Assembly (NCBI GenBank): GCA_964016885.1
Contig: OZ024743.1
Coordinates: forward strand, 107,756,001 to 107,820,000
DNA from: Eledone cirrhosa
Lineage: Eukaryota
Length of the DNA: 64,000 nucleotides
Direction of reading: 5' to 3'
A program made the translations under genes and the position numbers. Shown piece after piece: positions 1-12,985 of this stretch. The notes beneath the pieces were generated by a model. The model had not been told where the DNA came from, did not search any database, and was given only the letters and a program-made list of their open reading frames with translations. Positions within the stretch are counted from its first letter, which is position 1. Every line of letters begins with the position of its first letter.

Positions 1-8
1 CTTTAGCC

Positions 9-145
9 CTGAAATAGCCTTCGAAACGGCTTGAGCTCTGCCGCCGGGGGTCATACTTTCTCTCTATTACCCACTCTACTACCCTAAGTATTGAGTACTC
101 TGGTGCTTTATGGTCCAACTGGTAACTACCACAACTCCTTCGTTT
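9..145 (+). mobile_element. Family A short non-autonomous element (3' half of hammerhead plus PLE-type tail), ends in (TA)n
   Basis: GAAATAGCC(T/G)TCGAAACGGCTTGAGCTCTGCCG..GGGGTCATAC...GTATTGAGTACT...TCCTTCGTT(AT)n; the same sequence recurs near 17247, 17479, 30988, 42004, 51657, 52089 and 55111. Confidence 0.75.
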
Positions 146-807
146 TATATATATATATATATATATATATGAATTTAAAGTCAGGAAACACGGAGAAAGG
201 GTGAAAGGGGGTAAACATAAGGGAAGAGGGAGTTGGTGAGTAGGTGAGTTTGGGAGTTATACAAATAATTAAACAAATAACAACATATGATCCGAATATG
301 CGCAGATACGACATTACTTAAAACATATTTAAGCCAACGCTATGGTCAACAGCGTTGTCTTCACATAATAACATATAACCATATAGCATAAATAAGAAAA
401 TATATAAAAAAACAAATAAAAAAATAAATAAGCCTGCATCGTACAACGATGACATGTGTTGATTGGAAGTCAAAAGATCATCATAGCCTGTGAGTGTAAT
501 GATACGTAACAGACAGTGACATTTTAGTTATAACGTTTGCTTAACCTAGGTGGAATCGAAACGTGTATTGATAGAATAGTAGACAATTCAGGGTTTAGCG
601 AATAAGACTGACGGCAGATTTCTTCGATTACTTCATTAGCGACGTATATTGTTAGTGTTCACTTCTGTTACAAGCGTTTGAGCCTTAATAAACTTAGGCA
701 TTGTATTTGGAGATTTATAATCAGTCAAAACTTTTATTCATTATCTCATTTTTCTCCTCTTATCCTTCCCTTATCTCAGACACCCTTTGTACCTCACACA
801 CACTCAT

Positions 808-862
<55 letters not shown>

Positions 863-864
863 TA

Positions 865-909
<45 letters not shown>

Positions 910-910
<1 letters not shown>

Positions 911-1386
911 AATGATATTAATTGTTTCTATTTTTGGCACAAGGCCAGCAATTAACCAGTACATTACTGGTACTTTATTTTATCGACCCCGTAAGGATGA
1001 AAGGCAAAGATAACCTCGGCGGGATTTGAACTCAGACAGTAAAGGGACGTAATTAATAACAATGATATTAATAAATGGAAACTATATTTATAAAACCATA
1101 TTTATTTTATTATATATATATTTCAAGGGTATCAAAAAAAATTGGGTACGCTCTCATCACATAAAATACAAAATTTGTTTTATAAATAGTGACATAAGCG
1201 ATAAACCAAACCTTATCGGTTCAGGTTCCATTTGGAAAATATCTAATGAAATAAATATGGTTTTCTAAATATAGTTTCCATTTATTAATATCATTGTTAT
1301 TATACTCCAGGATAAGTCTGTAGTGTGCTTCGAATCTGTATAATAAATAATTTTTTTGAATTACCAGCAAATTAAATATCTCTTTG

Positions 1387-1389
<3 letters not shown>
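910..1389. mobile_element. Family D PLE pseudo-LTR fragments in inverted arrangement (minus arm ~1060-1240 with decayed hammerhead, plus arm ~1258-1389), interrupted by a SINE
   Basis: Matches 25981-26150 and 29690-29970; hammerhead core reads GUGAUGA (C3 mutated); (TA)n on both sides. Confidence 0.75.
921..1052 (-). mobile_element. tRNA-derived SINE, 5'-truncated, with 13-bp target-site duplication
   Basis: Reverse complement has B-box GAGTTCAAATCCC and the family core TTTGCCTTTCATCCTTACGGGGTCGATAAAATAAAGTACCAGT; TSD CAATGATATTAAT at 910-922 and 1060-1072. Confidence 0.85.
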
Positions 1390-1426
<37 letters not shown>

Positions 1427-1429
<3 letters not shown>

Positions 1430-2217
1430 GCTGAATTACCCGGCATTGCCCGGGTTACTGGTGTTCTTATTCAGATTGGTAAACAATAAATATGAAGATA
1501 AGTTTTTGTTCTCATAATTATTTCAAAATATCTATATTTTATAAAAAGAAATATCAAAATTGTAATGATAATAGAATATATATACCTTAGGGTAATCAAT
1601 ATTCATTGTGTCATTTTTATGTTGGTGTCCAAATGAATAAATTGTTGCTACACACTCACACACATACACTCTCATATACATATACTAAGACAGACACACG
1701 CATAGCTTTCACCTCATTTTTTGACAGTCGAGACACCAAATAAAAATAAAAGTTATCACACATACACTGACTCACATATACACTCTCACATACACTCACA
1801 CACACATACACCATCACATACACTCACACACACTCTCACATACACTCACATACATATACTGAAACAAACACATACAGACATACATTCACGCATACCTGTC
1901 TTTCATCAGACATCTGTATCTGTATATATAGATGTGCGTGTTAGTTTCAGAAACGAACTCGCAAACGCACACGCTCACAGACACATACACACTCATATAC
2001 CAAATTTGACGGTCGTCCAACGTCGTCGTAGACGTGGTGGTGGTTTACTATAGTTCACTATAGAAATATTATTTCAGATAAAATGTCATACTGTTTTAAT
2101 CCAAATGAAAATTGAAATTACATGGTGACACTCCGGGGGTTGGATGCTATTACCTTGTAAAATGTTATTTGATTTGGTCCAGCCGTTTAAGAATGAACAG
2201 ACAGACAGAGAAACAAA

Positions 2218-2222
<5 letters not shown>
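1427..2222 (-). mobile_element. Non-autonomous Helitron (Lep1/DINE-like)
   Basis: Minus-strand 3' end has hairpin ACCCGG-N6-CCGGGT (1438-1455) about 10 nt before CTAT (CTRR-like); other end has TTGGTCCAGCCGTTT and (ACAG)n as in Lep1-type elements; internal CA-rich array. Confidence 0.6.
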
Positions 2223-2264
<42 letters not shown>

Positions 2265-2543
2265 CTAATAAGTTAGACATTGCCTGGGACAATACCTATC
2301 AAAGTTATATATTAGCTGATATTGTCGTCAAATAGACCTTTTTTATTGAATCGGAACTAAATTTTCACAAACACACCCGAACTATATGACCTTTTCCTGA
2401 TAGTTGGTGCCGTTTGGTGTCTACAAAAGTAAATTGATTTTTTGATGACTGAAATATGAAATATTCGATTAAATGATCTTTTAAATATTAGAGAGATCTC
2501 TATCAAAATCAGTAGAACTATTTGAGAAAATAATACGCCTGCA

Positions 2544-2616
2544 TACCGAAACCCGGGATTGAACAGCGAACCTTTAGATCTTTAGTCTAACGCTCTACCA
2601 ACTGAGCTTTTTCGGC
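2544..2616 (-). pseudogene. tRNA-Phe-derived pseudogene, anticodon GAA->AAA
   Basis: Reverse complement GCCGAAAAAGCTCAGTTGGTAGAGCGTTAGACTAAAGATCTAAAGGTTCGCTGTTCAATCCCGGGTTTCGGTA (73 nt) aligns to metazoan tRNA-Phe; U8 lost and two mismatches in the T-stem. Confidence 0.85.
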
Positions 2617-3705
2617 TATAGGCCGTCACGATTTGTTATAAGAATGAAGGAACTATATTATACTATATTATACTATAGGACGCTATATTATACTAAAAGA
2701 AGAGAAATACATAAAGAAATATATAGAAATATATTTTTGTAAACAAGACAATAGAACCGTGTGGAAATGGAAGCACCAATTGAAACATAAATTTTAAATC
2801 TCCGAAGCCGTTTATGAAAGTATTGAAGAAGACAAGAAAACACACTTCGATCTTCCGACGTGGAAGAGGCTCCTATCAGAAGAAACCGTCACCGAATAAT
2901 CATTTTTCTTACCAGTTGTACAAACCTGGCTGGACACATAACACTGCACAAACATCCTAAAAGTTCTATAGAGTTATGAAATAATACATATGAATAAGCC
3001 TTAGATGACGAACATCATTAAGTAATGTCAGTTTCATGATGAGATAAAACGCCTCCATCCTTTTGAAGGAAAAAAAATAAAAAAGTGAGTATAAATCCTG
3101 GAAAACTGTAAGTCAGGTAGTGAAAAAAAGAAAAAAAATCACAAGGGATTGACACTCCAAATTCACTATTCTCCTTTTACTTTGCTCCACTTTTCATATA
3201 AATGAAACGACGGTTCAGTTATATTCAAATATTGTAAGCGCGTCCATTGAAAATATCGTTACGATGTTTGCGAAAATGTAAAACAAAACTTTATATCCCA
3301 GACAGAAATGTTGACTTTAATTTCTGGATATTTTTTTATATAATTGTCTGCTGGTGGATTTTGTATTTCGCTCTATATCTTCACCATTAACAAGAGGAAG
3401 GCAACGACGACAACAGTGTCATTAACAACAACAACTCTACCATTAACAAGAGGAAGCCAAGCCCAGCATCAGTGACTCACCACCAGCCACTAGGTCCTAT
3501 AAAAACTGCTCAGTTGCTCGCATGTGTGCGTGCTGAACTCTGCGTCTTTCCGCTGTGAACAACCCCTTGTTTTCCCTCCCTCCCATCCACTTTTTTGTGT
3601 ACATCCTTCCATTCACTCATTCATTTACTGCCATTCTACCTTCCTGTGTCTCCCCCTCCATGCAGCCCCTTTTCGCTCTCGTTTTCTGGCACCTCCATAT
3701 ATATA

Positions 3706-6700
3706 GGTGAGCTATGCGGCCCTCTTACCAGCACTTTCCCTTCCACCCACACGCGCCAGCCACCCACCCTTGATGCTGCTCGGTGCCTCAGTCCCCGGCC
3801 CCACGCCCCATCTCCCACCCCTCCAAATCGACACCTGCAGCACTTGCGGCACCACTAACAAACGGAAGAAGGGCCGGAACTGTTTGGAGTGCGGCTGCTT
3901 CCACCACCTCACCTGCATTGGCTTGACTCGTCGAGCTTCCAATGCCCTCGCAGCGTGGAGATGCAGGAGCTGCCTCTTCCCAACGTCTTCCCAGCCACGG
4001 CCGTCTGGCACACCACCAGATGGGACAGCGAGCTTTCCTGACGCCCGAGCCTCGCTGGTCAACATTGCTCGGCTCAGGCGGCTCCGGAAGATCCCACTCA
4101 GGAACACGAGAGCGGCACAGGTCCGGTAGCCGATGCCCTCGCTTCCTAGATTGAAAGCGCCCTGGACTCCAATCGAGGTAGTGACTGGGAGCGGCTGTTC
4201 TATTTCTCCCCACTCTCTCTTGGCCTCTCTAGCTCTGGCGCTGACCGGGGCGGCCGGTCAATAGCAGCCTTCGTCAAGGCCAATGTCTCGTCATTTGGGT
4301 GAGCGCCCATTCCAAGCGTGCCCAGGGACGCCACACACCCCACCCTTAGGTACCTCCTATCCTCCACCCCCAAGGGCAGCGCTAAGCGTTTGCGTGACCA
4401 GGTAAACGCAAAGCTTATCATGGGTGATGTCTCGATCGCAGTCAGAGTTGTTGCCTCAGAGGACACTGTCCTCCAACCCACCGAGGATGTCCTGGCTGCT
4501 CTGCGGCTCAAACACCTTCAGCCACACACTGATCTCAGACCCATACCCCCACCCGACCCCCACTTGCTCCTTGTGGCTACTGATGCAGGTATCATGTCCG
4601 CCATCAGGTCCTTCCCAAGCTAGCAACTGCGGGGGTGTTGATCGTCTCCGAACAGGCCACCTCAAGGAGTTGACATCCCCCTCTCCACTGAGGCCAGGCG
4701 GCGCCTTCTGAGTGCAATTGTGGAACTCACCAATAGGCTCATTCATGGTGCCCTCGACCCTTTCGTCCGAGACCTCTTTTTTTCGGCCAGCCTCACCGCT
4801 CTCAGGAAGAAAGAGGGTGGCATACGCCCCATTGCTGTGGGCAATGTCTTCCGGAGGCTTGCTGCCAAGGTGATCTGCAAGTCCGTCACAGACGAACTGG
4901 GTGAGCAATTTATTCCGGTGCAACTGGGTGTCGGCGTGTCCGGTGGCTGTGAGGGAGCCGCTCATGCAATCACGCAGTTCTTCAGCAACTGCCCATCGGT
5001 ACCGGTATCCAGTTACTCCAGGCACCTCATTGTCAAGTTTGACATGAGGAATGCCTTTAACTCTTTACGCCGAGATCATCTGCTCGAGGCCTGCCTCAGC
5101 CGAGCCCCCCCCCCCCTGCCTACCCGCTGGCCTACCTGTCATATGGAGCCCGAGCATGCTCCCAGCTGCTGATACGGTCATACCATCGGCTACTGGGGTC
5201 CAACTGGGACCCCTCCTGTTCGCCCTTGGTATTGACCACATCGCCCAGAGTATCATGGCACCTCTCAACGTTTGGTATCTGGATGATGCTACGTTGGGGG
5301 GGGGGGGGGCGTACGGAGGTCTGCCATGACCTTCAATCGGTGATTCGTGTCCTGGCGCGAATCGGCCTCCAGGTCAACTCGTCCAAGTCGGAGGTGGTGA
5401 ACGTCAGCCTCGATGCTGCGAGCTTTGCAGCCTCCATCTTGGAGGTGCGATCCATCTCCGCCAGGTTCAGGTGACCCCCAAAGAGGATGTCCTCATCCTC
5501 GGGTCACCGATCCACCCGCCGGCCATCCGCTCCACCACCAGGTCCAGGCTTCAACAGCTCCAGACTCTCACGAGCCGACTGGGCTTGATTGATGGCCACC
5601 CAGCTCTCTTTCTGCTGAGGAACTGCTTCGCCATGCCGAAGCTCCTCTATACACCCGCTGCGCTCCATGCTACACGCAGACATCTCTCCTCGCTGACCTC
5701 GATACTTGTATCCGAGCAGTTGCCGAGGGGATATGCAACGTCAAGTTTGACGACGTAGGGTGGCAACAGGCCACTTTACCGGTCAGGTATGGCGGCCTTG
5801 ACCTCCGGTCCCCGATCTCACTAGCTTTGCCGGCGTATCTTTCGTCGGTAACCTCGTGCCGCGTGATCGTCAGCAGGGTTCTTCAATACACAACAGAACC
5901 CTCTGTGTTCAGAGAACGTGAGGTCGCCTGTAAGACGTGGGACCGGCTGGGACTTAGCCCAGTAGACGTCCCTCCTCTTTCTCCCCCCTGTTGACGTCAA
6001 ATCCCCCCAATGCACTTGGGATGCCATCCAATGCAGCCTGGCCTCAGACAGGCTCACGCGCCAGCTCGAACAGCACCGCCTTGCTTGTTTTCGTGTGGCC
6101 TCCAAACCCCACAGTGGTGCCTGGCTCCATGCCCTGCCCTCCTTCTCCACTGGCACGCAGCTAGACAACCATAGCCTACGAATCGGCGTTTCCCTGAGGC
6201 TCGGCCTCCGGATCTGCCTGTCACACCAATGTCGCTGCGGTCCACCGTGGACTCTTTCGGCCTCCACCCGCTTTCCTGTCGCCACAGTGCCTGCCGCATT
6301 CCTGCTGCCCTCAACGAGGTCATTAAGCATGGCTTGCACGCTGCAGGCTTCCCTTCCCAGCTCGAGCCGGTGGGGATGGATCGAGGGAAGGGCAAAAGGC
6401 CAGATGGCATGACCATCTTCCCGTTCTGCGGTGGCAAAGACCTCGACTGGGATGTCACTTGCACCGACACTTTCTGCAACCTGGTGCAGTCTGCGACTGA
6501 CCCAGGTTCTACTGCACATCGGGCTGAGGGGGCCAAACTCCTCAAATACCGGTCGCTCTCCGACAGTTTTGCGGTCGTTCCCCTGGCAGTGGAGACTTCT
6601 CGTGTCCTCGGCCCCAATGCTACGTCCTTACTCACCACCATAGGCGCTGAACTGGCCAGCCGCAGGTGTGAGCCCCGCGAGTTGGAGTGGCTTTTCCAGC

Positions 6701-6879
6701 GAGTCTCCATTGCCGTCCACCGGCGAAACACCTTCTCCATTCTGTCCGCCGGGGCTGTGGGTGGGCCCCATCCCATCGCGTACCAATACGTTAGTTAAAT
6801 ACCATTCTTTCATCTGATATATCTCTAATTAGTCGTACTTATAGCAACTTTTGTCTTTATATTTGACGTCATAATTACA

Positions 6880-6881
<2 letters not shown>
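3706..6881 (+). mobile_element. CRE-clade non-LTR retrotransposon (PHD finger, RT, Zn-knuckle, restriction-like endonuclease), frameshifted
   Basis: CSTC..CLEC.CFHHLTC..WRCRSC (PHD); GGIRPIAVGNVFRRLAAK, QLGVGVSGGCE, KFDMRNAFNS, WYLDD (RT); CRCG..GLHPLSC and RPDG..WDVTC..PLAVET (RLE). Several stops and frameshifts; QGDP missing from motif B. (TA)5 at left and long (TA)n at right. Confidence 0.9.
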
Positions 6882-6953
<72 letters not shown>

Positions 6954-6957
<4 letters not shown>

Positions 6958-8964
6958 TCTTTAAGTCGTTTGGAAGCCTCGACAATGCAAATGGGTAAAT
7001 CTCCGGGTAACAGGATCCGCTGGTGGAGAGAGAGATGAAAGTGGGTGTACGTTGAGATGCGTGGTGTGCATGAGATGTGTAGAAGAATGAAGGAAAGAGT
7101 ATAAAGGATAAAATAAAAATAACAACACGAGAGAGAGTTACCTTGGGAGAAATTTAATAGTCCCTATATATTTCGGATTCACATCCATCAACTGGGGTTT
7201 TTTCCGGGGTGGGGGAAAGGTTGTCTGTCGGACAGGTGCGTAACGCGTCCTCCGCTGTTTGTTGTTTTGAATATCCGTGGTATTCGGCAGAGCGCGCGTG
7301 CGCGTGAAATTGGGTCGGTCGGGCAGAGGTCAGCGGCCGAATGAGGCAGTGGGGTGGCGCTAGCTGTCAGTCCATTCTCTGCCTGTTTGTTAACTGTTAC
7401 TCTCTGTGTGTGTGTGTGCGTGTGTTGTTGTCTCGCTTGAGTGTGTGTGTGTGTGCGCGTGTTGTTGCCTTGTTCCTCTGTATTGGCAGTGTAGTATGTT
7501 CGTATGGTGGAATGCTACTGTGTGTGTGCGCGTGTGTGTGTGTAGTTGTCTCGTTTGTGTGTGTGTGTGTGCGTGTGTTGCTGCATCGTTTGTTAGCTTA
7601 AATCCGCCATCTCATTTCGCTTCTCTCTGATCGGTTGTTTATTTGCGGTTGCAAGCGTTTGATAAAAACGCTTCCTTGATACGTAACGTGCCAACGTTTC
7701 TTTCAGTCGCTAGAATTGTGACAATGGGCCTTCCGTCTTTGTTTCCGCATTTGTCTATGTGTTTCCGGAAAGACGAGGCCCTGGTTTTAGTGTGTTCCTT
7801 GATCCGGATGTGCAAAGGTTGGATTGTGCTACCTATGTAGTATTGGTTGCACCTGTCACATTCTATCTTATACACGACGTATGTGCGTAGGCAACAGTTC
7901 GCATGGCGTATCGGGCAGTCTCTGAAGGAGCATGCGTCAGTAGATTTCCCGGGTTTCCTGGTGAGGCATCTTCGCAGGGAGGGGCCCGAGTGGGCCAGGT
8001 GGATGTCGAGGCCCTACCTCCGTATAGCCTTGCGGATAGCGTTGGTGGTATTCTCGCCCAGGTGTGGAATTTTAAGGAAGCACTTGCCTTGGGTGCCTCT
8101 CTGTCTCTTGCGTCTGGTGACTCCTATTCTGTCTGTGATCGAGGTAGGGTACCAGTTCGTCTCCAGCACCTCGTGGAATCGCTTGGTATGTGTGACACCA
8201 CTCGCGGGATCGCTGCATCTGTTTTTGATTCGTGCGATCTCGTTCGTGATGTATCCTCTTTTGGTACTGTTAGGGAGGGCGGACTTGTAGTGAACGAATA
8301 GGTCCCTGCAGGCTGCCTTTCGGTAGAAGTTGCAGTGGATCCTTCCCTGTTCCGTGATGTTGATTCGGAAGTCGAGGAGGGCAAGTGACCCGTCTTCGTT
8401 GGGGTGTTGAACACTGAAGTCAATGTTCTCGTCCGTATTGTCGAACGTCTCATAGATTCTGTTCGCCGTGTCTTGGGAAGATGTGAGGATGAGGATATCG
8501 TCCACGTACCTTGAGAAAAAGGCTACGGCGTTGCGGTGGCAGGCGTTGAGTGCCTTGCGTTCGATGTTGTCCATGTAAGAGATCGCTAGCACACCTGATA
8601 GGTTTGATCCCGTGGGCAATCCCGAGGTTTGTTGGTATGTTTGGTCAAGGAATCCGAAGTAGGTGTTGTCGACGACGATGGATAGGAGTTGGTGGATGTC
8701 AGTGGTAGTGAGCCCGAAGCAGTGTAGGTCGGTGGATTGGACGGGTTCCATCAGTATATTGACGGCCGGGAGTGCCGGGACCGAGGTGTAGAGAGCGACT
8801 ACATCAAGGCTGAATGCATATCTGTTATTCCTTCATTCTTCTACACATCTCATACACACCACGCATCTCAACGTACACCCACTTACATCTTTCTCTCCAC
8901 CACCGGATCTTGTTACCCGGAGATTTACCCATTTGCATTGCCGAGGCTTCCAAACGACTTAAAG

Positions 8965-8965
<1 letters not shown>
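6954..8965 (-). mobile_element. Penelope-like element, 5'-truncated, with ~150-bp inverted terminal segment
   Basis: Minus ORFs 8014-8751 (QTSGLPTGSNLS, RYVDDI, LLDF, FYRK) and 7639-7875 (YKIECDRCNQYYIGST..LHIRIKEH, GIY-YIG); 6954-7095 is the reverse complement of ~8828-8965; both ends abut microsatellites. Confidence 0.92.
7162..7197 (-). ncRNA. Minimal type-I hammerhead-like motif with variant core
   Basis: CCC-CAGUUGA-U-GGAU(GUGA)AUCC-GAAA-UAUA-UA-GGG; stems I, II and palindromic III present, but core is CAGUUGA instead of CUGAUGA. Confidence 0.55.
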
Positions 8966-9042
<77 letters not shown>

Positions 9043-9167
9043 TAATATATAAACATTAAGGGAACATTTGTTAATGTTCACATCTTAAATACTAAGGAGC
9101 CTTACTTTAAAATACAAAAATTTGAAGCTTAAAAATAACCTGATACCTGACCATGCATATATATATA

Positions 9168-9199
<32 letters not shown>

Positions 9200-9237
9200 C
9201 ATATACATACATATATACATATATATACATATATACG

Positions 9238-9315
<78 letters not shown>

Positions 9316-9394
9316 CATACATATGTATATATACATATACATACATATATATATATACATATACATACATATATGTACACATATATATATATAT

Positions 9395-10918
9395 TAATAA
9401 AAGGAATTCCAACTTTGTCTGATTTACTCGTTTTATTTACAATCCTTTAAAATTTATAATGGTATTAGAATGAAATAGTATGGTAGAATATTAAATGTTA
9501 AGTGTTAATTGAACAAGTACTTTCATGCTTTCACAATCTTCAGGCTCATAATGTGTGGTGACAGTCAAGTTTGCAATTTTCAACTGTAATGAGATGGGTA
9601 AATTTTGTGCCTTATATACAGTGAAAAGTGGCTCCAGAATGCTAAATCTTGCAAACTGTATTTCGACCAATCGGTGTGTCGTTTCACTGAATTACTAAAG
9701 CTGATTGGTTGAGCATGTCTAACGGCTACTAATTGGCCCTATCCAAAGCATCAATTGTTTTGCTATTTTTAGAAATGATGAAAATAGCATTTTCTAGTAA
9801 TCATCACCATCAACATCACTTTTATTATTATTATTATTGTTGTTGTTGTCGTTGTTAGTGGTCTTAGTCATAGTCATAGTAGGAGACCCAATTATTATTG
9901 TTCATTTAGCTTGGGTTTGAATTTATCAATAACATTCTTTTCTTTGATTTTTTTCTTGATTTCACTTGAGCTGTGTAATTTGTAGAATATTATAAATATT
10001 CCCTGACCACATGTTGCTAGATCGTTACTTAGGGCTATCTGACGGACATTTGGGTCTCTGATTTGCTGTCGGTGTACCCGTGCACGATCCGATAGTGCAT
10101 TTCCAGGTTGACCGACATATAGATCTTCACAATTCGGGCATTTAATGCAGTAAATTAGATTTCTGCTTTTGCAGTTCATATTTGCATTTGGGAATATTTT
10201 TCCAGTTTTTGTTTTTATATATTGACCGGCGTGTATGGATTGACATGTGCCACATCGACTATCATTGCATTTAGATACAGTGAATGATTGGTATTTGTTG
10301 TTAAGGTCAAACAATGCCTTTGTTAGTAATTGCTTCACATTTTTCGGCTGTCTTTTGCTAAGAGTCAAAGATCGATCTGTGATTAAGCCTTTTAATTCAT
10401 TACTTTGAGCAATGATCGGTAGGTTTTCTGTGGCAGTGTTGAAGATATTCTGGTGACATGGGTTATGTGTCATTATAAATGGTATGACCAGTTCTTGGTT
10501 TCTTCTTCCTTGGGTTGTCCTAAGTTGTTGTATAGGTATGTTTATAGCCCGCTGTACACCATTTTCTATAAGTAGAGATGGGTATTTTTGTTTGAGCAAA
10601 AATTCTCTTAGTTCTGTTAGGCGTTTGTACCTGTTAGGCGTTTGTACCTGTTAGGTGTTTTTACCTGGTATTCGTATCTTCTACAATGGTACAAATTCTT
10701 CTGGCTAGGCAGTATGGGATGTTGCCTTTTGTATGAGGTGGATGGCACGACTTAAAATTCAGATATCGTTGGGTGTCTGTGTGTTTATAATATATATCCG
10801 TGGTAATGGTGGTGTCGTTTTTGATTATCATTATATCTAGGAATGGTAATTTGGTACTACACCCATCTCTCCAATTCACAAAAGAGATGAGTAGGACCAA
10901 ATTACCATTCCTAGATAT
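9395..10918 (-). mobile_element. Penelope-like element (Neptune-type Cys linker), 5'-truncated, degenerate
   Basis: KLPFLDI..DIYYKHTDTQRYLNFKSCHP (RT thumb); KCNDSRCGTC; NLIYCIKCPNCEDLYVGQ (GIY-YIG); a 17-bp triplication at ~10614-10660 breaks the frame; last ~62 bp are inverted. Confidence 0.9.
9510..9548 (-). ncRNA. Minimal type-I hammerhead ribozyme motif in PLE 3' pseudo-LTR
   Basis: UGAGC-CUGAAGA-U-UGU(GAAA)GCA-U-GAAA-GUAC-UU-GUUCA: intact core, 5-bp stem I, palindromic stem III AGUACU. Confidence 0.8.
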
Positions 10919-12770
10919 AGGCTTCGGATCCGTGTTCAGGAGCTGGTTTGCTGCAATGCATAACAGCAACATCTGCTCAAGGGTTAAGGTGAACGGCTAC
11001 CTCTCGGAGCCGTTCCATATCACGCGATGCATTCGACAGGGATGCCCTCTCTCTTCCCTTCTGTACGTATTGACTCTCGAGCCATTACTGCGGAAATTGG
11101 AGCTATTGCAGGGCATCCCTCTGGAACCGGGACTGCGGAAAGCGGCGTCGGTCTACGCCGACGACGTTACAGTAATGGTGTCGAACGCCTTGCAAATCGA
11201 GGAGGTCGGGACCTTACTGAATGAATACGAAAGGTTCACAGGAGCGAAGCTGAACCGGGGCAAGTCCATCGCTTTGCAACTCGGATCGTGGAGAGGCAAA
11301 TCGATGCCTTCCAATGGCGTCGTCTGACGCTGGACGGAAGGACCAGTAAATCTGCTCGGGGTCTGGTTTGGTCCGGACCTCCAGGTGGAGAAGAACTGGA
11401 ACGAGGTGTCGGCCAAGGTGTTTGCACTCACCCAGAAGTGGGCGGAGTGTAAACTATCATTGAAAGGTCGAGCGGAGGTGGCGAACACTTTTATAGCGTC
11501 CGCCATCTACTACCGCTTGACCGTCGTGCCTTGTCCAGCCAAAACGCTCGGCAAAATGGAGCGCGCGCTCTTCCAATTCCTTTGAAAAAGGCGGGGTCCT
11601 TTGGTGAGAAGATCCATCTGCTGCCAACGACCTGGCAACGGGGGGCTGAGGATGCCGTGGCCGACGATGTGCAAACACGCGCTCAGGCTGCGGCATCTCT
11701 ACTTATTCCTCACCGGACAACCGGCGGGGGCCCCGTTCGTGAGGCGAGCCTTCCCACGACTCGTCTCGCTGACCGAGCTGCAGTCCTGGGTCAAGCAAAG
11801 ACCGAGAAAAATGGGCGACTTGCACATCGAATGTGCTCAGGCACTCACATCCCTCTGGCAGGCGGACCCGGCGATCAGTGGAGAGTCCACTTCATCATTC
11901 TATAGAGAGGTGATCCGCAGCAAGTGCGACGACGTGCTCGGTGAAACTCTGGGCGTAGAGGAAGACGAACTGGCCAGTCTGTTCGGTAGGACCTTCCGCC
12001 CGGGACCGATGGACAACTTCCCAAAGTCCCTGGCCTGGCAGTGTTACCGAGGAGCTCTACCAGTTCGAGACAAGCTCTACAGACATGGGCGCCCGGGCAG
12101 GGACCCTTCGAAAAAGATCTGTCCGAGGTGCGTACGAGACGAAGAAGCCGTTCCGCATGCATTCATACACTGTGGGGCTATGTGGAACGACTATTGTCGC
12201 GGGTGGGACCAATCCAGTGGACCACCGAGTCCATTGTCATGATCAAACCGCCACCCTCCTTCAAAAACGAAGGAGAGGCGGTTTTCCTTTGTGTGATAGC
12301 TATGGCGAAAGAGGTTGTATGGTGGACAAGTTTGAAAGGGCTGAGGTCAGACACCTTTCTCTCCGGCCAACAACTGATTATTTTTTTCAAATACCACTTT
12401 GGAAGAAGAATCAGGATGGAGAGAGAGGTGCTGTACCCCAGCAAGTTTTATGAAAGGTGGGTGAAAGTGGTGAGAATGGCCCGAGTGAATGGGTTTCTCT
12501 CTATATAGGTTGAGGAAAAAGGGGAGGCGAGGAAAGGAAAACAAACTCTTCGTACTCCTGGAGATGAGGGTTGCACATTTTTTTTTCGGGGGTATGTGTT
12601 ACCCATATATAATGTTTCCCCCTATTGGGGAAAATCGATTAATTTTTAAATTGCATTTGTGATAATATATTGCACATTTTTATTGTATGTAAACTTCCTC
12701 CTTTGTATTTGTCCCCTTCTTTTGTGCCCCTGTGGCTAATAAAGAAACATATCTATCTATCTATCTATAG
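10919..12770 (+). mobile_element. Tx1/L1-clade LINE, 5'-truncated, with stops
   Basis: RQGCPLSSLLY, YADDV, LSLKGRAEVAN, GGLRMP, C-terminal CPRC..E..HAFIHC; 3' AATAAAGAAA followed by (TCTA)n; homologous to 60150-64000. Confidence 0.92.
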
Positions 12771-12771
12771 A

Positions 12772-12901
<130 letters not shown>

Positions 12902-12939
12902 TATGTATATATATATATATATTTATGTATATATATACC

Positions 12940-12985
<46 letters not shown>

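Noticed and set aside
3496-3520. TATAAAA followed by TCAGTT as a promoter for the CRE element
   Set aside because: TATA-to-Inr spacing is far too short, and the segment is separated from the CRE ORF by a TA run.
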